The position numbers were made by a program, and so were the translations under genes. Below the pieces are notes generated by a model. The model had not been told where the DNA came from and did not search any database. It saw nothing but the letters and a program-made list of their open reading frames with translations. Positions 37,415 to 44,861 of a stretch of 64,000 nucleotides of DNA are shown piece by piece; within the stretch, counting starts at the first letter, position 1; every line of letters begins with the position of its first letter. Source of the stretch: an uncultured Gemmatimonas sp. (GTDB taxonomy: Bacteria > Gemmatimonadota > Gemmatimonadetes > Gemmatimonadales > GWC2-71-9); NCBI GenBank assembly GCA_964439025.1, contig CAYTMW010000009.1:35749-99748 (forward strand). Reading direction: 5' to 3'.

Positions 37415-37800
37415 AGGGTGGATCCCCCGGGCGGGGCGGGCTTGCGCGCAGGGTCCGCGAGCAGCCGCTCGGTAAAGTCCACCCGCTCCGCCAGTTCGCC
37501 CACTTCGCGGCGAAGCGATTCGATCTCATCGAGCAGCTCTTGCGGCACACCATGGGCCAGCGCGGCCGCGTCCTCCGGGTCCCAAAGCGCCACCCGGCGG
37601 CCATCGCCATCCCGGAATTCGCCGCTGGCGATGACAATCAGATCATACAAATACCAGAGGCCGAGGCCACCGAGCGTGCAGAGCTGCAGCAGCCCGGTGC
37701 CGATCTTCCCCACGTAAAAGCGGTGGGCGCCGAACACCCCGAGCGGGATGCAGAGTGCCAGCGCGACCGCCCGGGACTTTTCAGAGGGGTTCATTGCCAT
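37411..37800 (-). CDS. TM2 domain protein with C-terminal coiled-coil tail
   Basis: Contains 'LGVFGAHRFYVGKIGTGLLQL.TLGGLGLWYLYDLI'. Confidence 0.8.
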   Translation of the reverse strand: MAMNPSEKSRAVALALCIPLGVFGAHRFYVGKIGTGLLQLCTLGGLGLWYLYDLIVIASGEFRDGDGRRVALWDPEDAAALAHGVPQELLDEIESLRREVGELAERVDFTERLLADPARKPAPPGGSTL

Positions 37801-37879
37801 GGCGGGACGATACCATTGTCCCTCCAGATGTCCAGAGCGGCCCTAGCGGGAACGGTTTCACGGGTTACCTTGCCGCGCC

Positions 37880-38905
37880 ATGCGGAGTGCCATTGCCCTC
37901 GTCTGTCTCAGCGCGCTCAGCCGCCCCGCCCAGGCGCAGTGGGCCGCCCAGCGGTCCGGCACCGCGGCCGAGTTTCGCGGGCTCCACGCCGTGAACGATC
38001 GCGTAGTCTGGGCGGCCGGCCGGGGTGGGGTCGTCGCACGCACCACCGACGGCGGCGCCACCTGGTCCGCCGACAGCATTCCGGGCGCGTCGAATCTCTT
38101 TCTCATCGCGATTCGGGCGGTCGATCATCGCCGCGCCTGGGCGCTCGGCACGGCATTCTCCGGCCCGTCGGCGGCGCGGATCTATCGCACCGACGACGGC
38201 GGCCGAACCTGGCGTCTCCAATACGAGAACGCCACCACGGGGATTTTCTTCGACGGTATGGCGTTCTGGGACGCGAACAACGGGATCGCCTTCAGCGATC
38301 CGATCGATGGGCGATTCGTCATCATCACCACACGCGATGGCGGAGCGCACTGGAGCCGGATCGCTCCCGAGCGGATCCCGCCGGCGCTGCCGCGCGAAGC
38401 GGCATTCGCGGCGAGCGGCACCGCGATCACCGTGCGCAGGAAGAACGAGGTGTGGATCGGCACCGGCGGTGGCGCGAAAGCGCGGGTTCTGCGCTCGTCC
38501 GACCGCGGAAAGTCCTGGCAGGTGTTCGAGACGAAAGCGAGCGGGGGCCAGGCCAAGGGAATTTTCGGGTTGGCGTTCCGGGATGGCCGACACGGCGTCG
38601 CGGTCGGCGGAGACTATCAGCAGCGCGACGGCTCGCTGGAGAATCTCCTCCTCACCGACGACGGCGGCCGTACCTGGCGGATCGGATCGAGCGCGGCCCT
38701 GGCCGGCGTGCAATACGGCGTCGCCGTGGCGGGAGCGCGCACCTTCGTCGCGACAGGACCGATCGGAAGCGCCGTCTCGACCGACGGGGGACTCACCTGG
38801 CGCCGCCTCGAAGGACCAGGCTTCAACACGGTGAGCTGCGCCGGAGGCACCTGCTGGGCTGCCGGGGTCGCGGGCCGCATTTCCCGGCTCAGACCAGTGC
38901 GCTGA
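37880..38905 (+). CDS. BNR/Asp-box repeat beta-propeller protein (Ycf48/sialidase-like), secreted
   Basis: Signal MRSAIALVCLSALSRPAQAQ. Six S/T-x-D-x-G-x-T/S-W boxes (TTDGGATW, TDDGGRTW, TRDGGAHW, SSDRGKSW, TDDGGRTW, STDGGLTW). Confidence 0.85.
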   Translation: MRSAIALVCLSALSRPAQAQWAAQRSGTAAEFRGLHAVNDRVVWAAGRGGVVARTTDGGATWSADSIPGASNLFLIAIRAVDHRRAWALGTAFSGPSAARIYRTDDGGRTWRLQYENATTGIFFDGMAFWDANNGIAFSDPIDGRFVIITTRDGGAHWSRIAPERIPPALPREAAFAASGTAITVRRKNEVWIGTGGGAKARVLRSSDRGKSWQVFETKASGGQAKGIFGLAFRDGRHGVAVGGDYQQRDGSLENLLLTDDGGRTWRIGSSAALAGVQYGVAVAGARTFVATGPIGSAVSTDGGLTWRRLEGPGFNTVSCAGGTCWAAGVAGRISRLRPVR

Positions 38906-40358
38906 GCTCGCGGCCCAGATCGGCCACCGCGGTAACGAAGAGATCGAAATCGTCGAGACGGCTTCGATGGTTGGTGATGGCGACCCGGATCGCAAAGCGT
39001 TCGTTCAGTGATGTCGCCGACGGCACGGCGATGCCCCGCTCCTGAATCCGGAGGAGGAGTTCGCGATTCAGAGCATCGAGTGCTTCCCCCCTCCCTCTTC
39101 CCCCTTCCCCCTTCCCCACATACCGCAGGCACACGACATTGAGCGGGACGGGTGCCATCAGCTCCAGCTCGGCGTGCCGCTGGACGAGTCCCGCGAGATA
39201 CTTGGCCTGCTCCACGTTCTGCTCGATCAACCTCGCATACTTCGCCACTCCATGTTCCTGGAGCAGCATCCACACCTTGAGCCCGCGGAACTCGCGGGAG
39301 AGCTCGGGTCCAAGCGCGCCCGGGTCGTGGTCGTTCGGCGCGGCGCCGCGCGCCTCGCGAGCCAGGTAACTCGCTTTGGTTGCGAAGGGACGGCGGTGCG
39401 CCTCGCGGTCGCGCACCAGCACGCACCCGACGTCGTAGGGCATGTAAAGCCACTTGTGCAGGTCGTACGCGATCGAGTCGGCGCGCTCCATTCCCGCCAC
39501 CAGCGGCCGCAACCGGTCGGAGAGCGCGGCGAGGGCGCCGAACGCGCCATCGACGTGGAACCAGAGCCCCTCGCGCTCACAGAGGTCCGCCAGCGCGGAA
39601 AGATCATCGATCGCTCCCGTGTTGACGGTGCCGGCGTTCCCGACCACGCAGAACGGCCGCCGTCCCGCCGCGCGATCGTCGGTAATCGCCCGCGCGAGGG
39701 CGGCGAGATCGATCCGGAACTCCGCATCCACCGGAACCGCCCGAAACGCGCGCTGGCCGAGGCCGAGGAGGCGGACCGCCTTGTCCACGGAGTTGTGGGT
39801 CTGCGTGGACGCGTAGAGCACCGGTGATCCGTCGAGCGCGGCGAGTCCCTCTTCGGTGATCCTGGGATCGCCTGCGTCGCGCGCCGCCGCGAGTGCCACG
39901 AGATTGGCGACCGATCCCCCCGTCACCAGCACGCCACTCGCTTCGGCGGGATACCCCACCATCGTCTTGCACCAGTCGATCACCTGCTCCTCGACATAGG
40001 GCGCCGCCTGGTGACCGCCGCCGGCGTTGGTATTGATGACCGCCGTCGCGAGTTCGGCGAGCGCGCCGCTCGGGCTCCCGGTCCCGTTGACCCATCCCCA
40101 GAAGCGCGGGTGCACGTTCCCCCAGGGGTACGGCAGCACCGATCGGCGAAACTCGTCCCAGCTTGCCTTGAGCCCGCAGCCTTCCTGCGGCAAGGGGCGC
40201 CGGAGTGCCGCGCGCACCTCCTCCGGCACCGGCTGCCAGACCGGCCGGTCTCGCAACGTGCGCAGCCACTCGAAGAGCTCGTCGAGCACCTGGTGGCCGT
40301 GGGCACGGAATTCATCCCAGGATTCGGGGTCGAGGGACTCATGCGGGCGACTGGTCAT
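38889..40358 (-). CDS. PLP-dependent group II (aromatic amino acid/glutamate-type) decarboxylase
   Basis: Contains 'HPRFWGWV', 'GGSVANL.ALAAAR', 'W.HVDGA.GA' and 'DLHKWLY.PYD.G' (PLP lysine). Confidence 0.85.
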   Translation of the reverse strand: MTSRPHESLDPESWDEFRAHGHQVLDELFEWLRTLRDRPVWQPVPEEVRAALRRPLPQEGCGLKASWDEFRRSVLPYPWGNVHPRFWGWVNGTGSPSGALAELATAVINTNAGGGHQAAPYVEEQVIDWCKTMVGYPAEASGVLVTGGSVANLVALAAARDAGDPRITEEGLAALDGSPVLYASTQTHNSVDKAVRLLGLGQRAFRAVPVDAEFRIDLAALARAITDDRAAGRRPFCVVGNAGTVNTGAIDDLSALADLCEREGLWFHVDGAFGALAALSDRLRPLVAGMERADSIAYDLHKWLYMPYDVGCVLVRDREAHRRPFATKASYLAREARGAAPNDHDPGALGPELSREFRGLKVWMLLQEHGVAKYARLIEQNVEQAKYLAGLVQRHAELELMAPVPLNVVCLRYVGKGEGGRGRGEALDALNRELLLRIQERGIAVPSATSLNERFAIRVAITNHRSRLDDFDLFVTAVADLGRELSALV

Positions 40359-40405
40359 GCGAAGCTCCTCTTGCGGCGGAAGTTCGGACCGTGGAAGATA
40401 CTTGC

Positions 40406-41956
40406 ATGCTTCTCTTCGCTCTTTCGTTGTTCACCAGCATCCAGTCTCCAGCATCCAGCATCCAGCTGCCGGATTCCTCCCTGCGCTCCCGCGTCGCATC
40501 CTGGCGCGCCTCCCGCGAAACGGACATCGTAGCCGAGCTGACGCGCTTCCTCTCCATTCCGAACGTCGCGAGCGACTCGGTCAATATCCGGCGCAACGCG
40601 GCACTGATCATCGCGATGCTCGAACGCCGCGGCGCCACGGCCCGCATCCTCGAGTCGCCCGGGTCGCCCCCAGCGGTGTACGGCGAGCTGCTCACCCCCG
40701 GCGCGGCCCGGACCGTGGTGTTCTACGCGCACTACGACGGGCAGCCGGTTGATTCGGCGCGATGGGTGACACCGCCCTGGCGGGTGGTGTTGCGTGACGG
40801 CGCCCTCACCAAAGGTGCACGCGAAATCGCCTTCCCCACCGCGGGGGGGCGATTCGATCCGGAGTGGCGACTCTACGCGCGCTCGGCAAGCGACGACAAA
40901 TCTCCCATCGTCGCGATGCTGACCGCGCTCGATGCCCTGAAGGCGCTCGGGCAGCGACCGTCGATCAATCTCAAATTCTTCTTCGAGGGAGAGGAAGAAG
41001 CCGGTTCCGCGCATCTCGGCGAGATGCTCACTCGTCATGCCGCCCTGCTCAAGGCCGATCTCTGGCTCTTCGGGGATGGGCCGGTGCACCAGAGCAGGCA
41101 GCCCAAGGTGTCGTTCGGGGTGCGCGGCGTGATGGGCGTCAATCTCACCGTGTACGGCCCTGCGCGCCCGCTGCACAGCGGTCACTACGGGAACTGGGCC
41201 CCCAATCCCAACGTGATGCTCGCCCATCTCATTGCCTCGCTGCGCGACGAGGAGGGGAGGATCTTGATCGAGCGTTTCTACGATGACGTGCTTCCGTTTT
41301 CGGCAGCGCAGCGCGCCGCGCTCGCAACGATGCCCCATATCGACGCGCAGCTGACGGCGGATCTCCGGCTCGGCCGAACCGAAGGATCCGGCGCGGGCCT
41401 GGCGGAACAGGTCTCGCGACCGGGACTCAATGTCAGCGGAATGTCGGGGGGGCGCACCGGTGCCGCCGCCGCGAACGTTATCGTCCCCGAGGCCACCGCG
41501 TATATCGATTTCCGGCTGGTACCGGATCAGCGACCCGAGCGGGTACGCGCGCTCCTCGAAGCACATCTCGTCACGCGGGGCTACCACGTCGTGCACGAAG
41601 ATCCCGATTCGGCGACCCGTCGCGCCCATCCTCGCATCATCAAGGTGACCGGGGACGGCGGCTATCCCGCAATCAGCACCGCGCTCGATCTCCCCGTCTC
41701 CCGCGCGGTGATTCGCGCGGCGGAAGCCGCCCTCGGAGAGCCGGTGGTCGTGGAGCCGCCGCTCGGGGGGAGTCTCCCGCTGTACCAGTTCAAGGAAGTG
41801 CTCGGCGCCACGCTCATCATGGTGCCGATCGTGAATCACGACAACAATCAACACGCCGAGAACGAGAACCTGCGGATCAAGAATCTGTGGGACGGGATCG
41901 AGCTGTATGCGGGATTGCTGGCCTATCTGGGGGCGTTCTGGGGGCAGGTGCCGTAG
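40406..41956 (+). CDS. M20-family dipeptidase/peptidase
   Basis: Contains 'L..FLSIPNV', 'YAHYDGQPV', 'RSASDDK', 'FFFEGEEE.GS', 'N.H..NE'. The start is uncertain: the first 21 codons include a heptamer array. Confidence 0.85.
   Translation: MLLFALSLFTSIQSPASSIQLPDSSLRSRVASWRASRETDIVAELTRFLSIPNVASDSVNIRRNAALIIAMLERRGATARILESPGSPPAVYGELLTPGAARTVVFYAHYDGQPVDSARWVTPPWRVVLRDGALTKGAREIAFPTAGGRFDPEWRLYARSASDDKSPIVAMLTALDALKALGQRPSINLKFFFEGEEEAGSAHLGEMLTRHAALLKADLWLFGDGPVHQSRQPKVSFGVRGVMGVNLTVYGPARPLHSGHYGNWAPNPNVMLAHLIASLRDEEGRILIERFYDDVLPFSAAQRAALATMPHIDAQLTADLRLGRTEGSGAGLAEQVSRPGLNVSGMSGGRTGAAAANVIVPEATAYIDFRLVPDQRPERVRALLEAHLVTRGYHVVHEDPDSATRRAHPRIIKVTGDGGYPAISTALDLPVSRAVIRAAEAALGEPVVVEPPLGGSLPLYQFKEVLGATLIMVPIVNHDNNQHAENENLRIKNLWDGIELYAGLLAYLGAFWGQVP
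40434..40468. repeat. (CCAGCAT-like)x5 heptamer array
   Basis: CCAGCAT CCAGTCT CCAGCAT CCAGCAT CCAGCTG, the same unit as at 22990-23017. Lies in the 5' end of the predicted M20 ORF. Confidence 0.9.
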
Positions 41957-41959
41957 ACA

Positions 41960-42018
41960 GAGGCAAGGAGGCAAGGAGGCAAGGACTGACGACTGAAGGC
42001 CGACGACCACTTTGCCTC
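41960..42018. terminator. (GAGGCAAG)x3 octamer array with complementary TTGCCTC arm; a hairpin between convergent genes
   Basis: Array at 41960-41983. TTGCCTC at 42012-42018 is the reverse complement of GAGGCAA. Sits between the M20 stop (41956) and the DinB-like stop (42022). Confidence 0.35.
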
Positions 42019-42021
42019 GAA

Positions 42022-42558
42022 CTACACGCTGCCGCCCTCCGGCCGTCCCTCCCACGCCGCCCGCGGAATCCCGTCGATCACCCTGTAAAAACCGAGATCG
42101 GCTCCCGACCGCAGCTTGGCGATGTACACTATCTGTCCCGTGTGCATGCCGAAGTGCTCGACCGCGTGATAAATCGCTTCGAGGAGGGTGACGGTTCTGC
42201 CCTGCACCTGCCGCCGCTCGCTGAGCGACGCGGGATCGGTGGCCGCGATGACGGAGTCGGCCTGGAGCACCGCTTCGGTGATCAGCGCGAGCAGCTCGGT
42301 CCGGGAAAGCGGCTCGCGGCTCGCGAACTCGGAGGCGCGATCGCGGCGATCGGGCGCGCCTCCCACTCCGCTCACCACCCACTGCCGGATATTGCCGGCC
42401 AGATGCAGCAGAAGATTCCCGATGCTGTTGGCGGCTTCGTGGGGACGCCACCAGAGATCGGCCTCCGACAGCACATCCACCGACCCGCCAATCTTGGGGA
42501 GATAGTGCGCGGTGAGGTATTCACGCGACTGGGCGAGAAAGGCGGCGCCGCTATCCAT
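42022..42558 (-). CDS. DinB-superfamily (DUF1572-like) protein
   Basis: Contains 'NSIGNLLLHLAGN.RQW' and 'EAIYHAVEHFGMHTGQIVYI' (His triad pattern). Confidence 0.8.
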   Translation of the reverse strand: MDSGAAFLAQSREYLTAHYLPKIGGSVDVLSEADLWWRPHEAANSIGNLLLHLAGNIRQWVVSGVGGAPDRRDRASEFASREPLSRTELLALITEAVLQADSVIAATDPASLSERRQVQGRTVTLLEAIYHAVEHFGMHTGQIVYIAKLRSGADLGFYRVIDGIPRAAWEGRPEGGSV

Positions 42559-42566
42559 GGGAACTC

Positions 42567-42594
42567 GCTATCGGCTATCGGCTATCGGTCCGGC
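42567..42594. repeat. (GCTATCG)x3 + GTCCGGC array
   Basis: Read directly from the sequence. It encodes the last residues (..AGPIADSR) and the stop of the TetR gene. GCTATCGGTCCGGC is also present at 18634-18647, and its reverse complement at 19039-19052. Confidence 0.9.
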
Positions 42595-43278
42595 CAGCAC
42601 AGCCGGCACGATCATGCCCAGTACGGTCTCTTCTGCGGTCGTCGCGGAGATCTGCGCGCCGTCGGGCGTCCACTCCCTGTGGACGGCCATCCACGTCAGG
42701 GATTCTACTATCAGGTGGGCAGCCGCGAGGTGATCGTGCCGGGCCGGCAGGGCCCCCTCCTTGGTGCGCCGCTGGAGGTAATCCGCCAGGCGGCGGACCC
42801 CGCCCCGCCAGAATCTCCGGAAAAAGACCTGGGAGACATCCGGCCAGTCGCCCCCACACCGCTCAACCAGCTTTACCCCCCGGCGGTATCGGTGGAGCCA
42901 TCGGTAGAGCTCCCGGATAATCCCTTCCACCTCCGAGGCAATGTCCTCAGGTGGCTGAGATTCGGTCGCAAGCCAAAGCTGGGGAAAATGGGATGCGTTT
43001 CGGAGACAGCGCCATAGGGCATCGGCGACGGCGCCCGGCTCGGGTGCCGGATGGGGAAAGGTCATGGTCCAGACCGTCGGATCCTCCATCGCCCGCCGGA
43101 TGGCCAGATCGAAAAGCGCTTCTTTTCCTGCGGCGTACAGGTAGATCGTTCCCGGTCCTACTCTGGCTCGCTCGGCGATTAGAGCAATCTTTGCAGTTGC
43201 GTAGCCATGAAGAATAAATACCTCAGTCGCCGCATCAGCTATATGATCTATACGGTTAGCTGCTTTTACCCTAGGCAT
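42568..43278 (-). CDS. TetR/AcrR-family transcriptional regulator
   Basis: N-terminal HTH 'I..AA.EVF...GY...KIA.IAERA.VG.GTIY.Y...KEALF'. The 5' ~130 nt are markedly AT-rich. Confidence 0.85.
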   Translation of the reverse strand: MPRVKAANRIDHIADAATEVFILHGYATAKIALIAERARVGPGTIYLYAAGKEALFDLAIRRAMEDPTVWTMTFPHPAPEPGAVADALWRCLRNASHFPQLWLATESQPPEDIASEVEGIIRELYRWLHRYRRGVKLVERCGGDWPDVSQVFFRRFWRGGVRRLADYLQRRTKEGALPARHDHLAAAHLIVESLTWMAVHREWTPDGAQISATTAEETVLGMIVPAVLAGPIADSR

Positions 43279-43287
43279 GATTATGAT

Positions 43288-43306
43288 AATAACTGAATCA
43301 GTTATT
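43288..43306. promoter_or_regulatory. Perfect 19-bp palindrome AATAACTGA-A-TCAGTTATT (candidate TetR operator)
   Basis: 9-1-9 perfect dyad beginning 10 nt upstream of the TetR start codon. Confidence 0.4.
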
Positions 43307-43575
43307 TAAAAACAGATGTCCCCATTTCTCTATCAAGTTATCGCGCGATCGGCAGATTCTTGCGGTCTGACATTGGTCGTGCTTAGAGAATGATTTTCGG
43401 TCTGTAGCCAGGATCACTTCATCCTCATAGCCATTAGTATCCCTTACTACTGCTAGGCTTTTCCACGGGCCCGGCAGCCTCAAAATGCGTCATCCGAGTG
43501 CTCGATTTCAGGTCGTATTGTACCACCTGATAGCCTGACCGAAAGCCGATTGCCGAAGCCAATGGCTGCTTCCTA

Positions 43576-43602
43576 GCAACCTTTTCTGGCGCTCTACTGT
43601 CC
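43576..43602 (+). promoter_or_regulatory. Candidate ECF-type promoter GCAACC-N16-TGTCC
   Basis: About 44 nt upstream of the GTG start of the ECF sigma gene. Resembles the GGAAC-N16-(C)GTC class only loosely. Confidence 0.2.
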
Positions 43603-43645
43603 AATCGCACAGAATAGGGGTCGACCCTCTAGAACCCGGGGCAGG

Positions 43646-44188
43646 GTGGAACCAACCAGTCTCGTTGCCCGCGTTCTGGCGGGCGACCAGGATGCCGAGC
43701 GCGAGCTGTACGGCTCGCACGTGGACCGGGTATATCGTCTCGTCTACCGGATGGTGGGAGACGGGGAGCTGGCGGCCGACTATACCCAGGACACTTTTAT
43801 CCGGACGTTCGACCGCCTGGCCACCTTTCGGGGCGAATCGGCGCTCTCGACCTGGATCACCTCGATCGCGATCTCGGTGGTCTACAACGGGCAGCGGAAG
43901 GTGAAGCGACTCAGGGCCCGGGAGGTCGACTTGGAGCACGCGGAGCCGGTGGCGATGCCACATCGGGAGGCCGACCCGGACCTCAAGGTCAAGCTGGCCT
44001 CGGCGATCGAGGACCTGCCGATGGGGTATCGCACCGTGTTTCTCATGCACGACGTGGAGGGGTTTACGCACCTGGAAATCGGCAGCGCGCTGGGGATCCA
44101 GGAGGGGACTTCGAAGGCGCAGTTGAGCCGGGCGCGCGCGAAACTTCGGCAGCAGCTGGCAGAGTACGCGGGAGATATTGCCTCATGA
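43646..44188 (+). CDS. ECF RNA polymerase sigma factor
   Basis: Contains 'LAADYTQDTFIRTFDRLATFRGES.LSTWI.SIA' and 'RTVFLMHDVEGFTHLEIG.ALGI.EGTSKAQLSRAR'. Confidence 0.9.
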   Translation: MEPTSLVARVLAGDQDAERELYGSHVDRVYRLVYRMVGDGELAADYTQDTFIRTFDRLATFRGESALSTWITSIAISVVYNGQRKVKRLRAREVDLEHAEPVAMPHREADPDLKVKLASAIEDLPMGYRTVFLMHDVEGFTHLEIGSALGIQEGTSKAQLSRARAKLRQQLAEYAGDIAS

Positions 44189-44850
44189 TGGATGATCGGG
44201 AAGACCGTCTGGATAATCTGATTCGCGACGCGGCCCGCGACTACCACGCGCCCCCCGCGACGCCCCGGGCGGAGATGTGGGAAGCGATTCGGGCGAGCCG
44301 TGACGCGGCGCGCACCGAGGTGCGGCCGCTCGTGGTGCGGCCGGCCCGTTCACCGCTTCGCCTGGTGTTCGGCATCGCGGCGCTCCTCGCGCTGGGTATC
44401 GCCATCGGCCGGCTGACCGTCCCTTCGCGGGGCGGTACGGCAGCGGCTCCGCCTCAGCCGATCATCGCCGCCCTGCCCGAGGCGGCCGCAGCCGCGCCGG
44501 AACAGCGCGAGCGGGGCGAAGTCGCCGCCCGCTATGCGACCGACGATCACCTGACCCAGGTGGAGACTTTCCTGACCGAGTTCGGCACCCGGCCCGCGGC
44601 GCTCGATTTCTCCGCGCAGGCGCAGGATCTTCTCACCGACACCCGTCTCCTGCTCGACTCGAAGCGGGTGGTGGACCCGAGAACCCGCAAGCTGCTCGAA
44701 GATCTCGAGCTGGTGCTGGCACAGATCGCCACGCTCGATCCCCGCGAGAATAACCGGGATCGCGATCTGATTGCCGACGGTCTGGCGCAGAGTCATCTCC
44801 GCACCCGCCTCCGGAATGCCATCCCGGCGGGCTCGGCCATTCGATTGTAA
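44185..44850 (+). CDS. Anti-sigma factor-like membrane protein
   Basis: ATGA overlap with the sigma gene. One TM segment (LRLVFGIAALLALGIAIG). Confidence 0.65.
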   Translation: MMDDREDRLDNLIRDAARDYHAPPATPRAEMWEAIRASRDAARTEVRPLVVRPARSPLRLVFGIAALLALGIAIGRLTVPSRGGTAAAPPQPIIAALPEAAAAAPEQRERGEVAARYATDDHLTQVETFLTEFGTRPAALDFSAQAQDLLTDTRLLLDSKRVVDPRTRKLLEDLELVLAQIATLDPRENNRDRDLIADGLAQSHLRTRLRNAIPAGSAIRL

Positions 44851-44861
44851 GGAGCTCGACC

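Noticed and set aside
40355-42451. Very long ORFs antisense to, or out of frame with, recognisable genes. Examples: 40355-42451(-), 19580-21490(+), 5667-7421(-), 2723-4033(+), 23782-25680(+), 50384-52006(-), 16603-17871(-), 52382-53830(+), 60788-61882(-), 37865-38995(-), 8851-10314(+).
   Set aside because: Their translations are Arg/Pro/Gly/Ala-rich low-complexity sequence without motifs. Each lies opposite or overlapping a gene with clear family signatures. Stop-codon-poor shadow frames are expected at this GC content.
43298-43483. 61-aa TTG-initiated ORF in the AT-rich island upstream of the TetR gene.
   Set aside because: No motif and a weak start codon, and the composition differs from all confident genes. 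It is kept only as a note inside the island finding.
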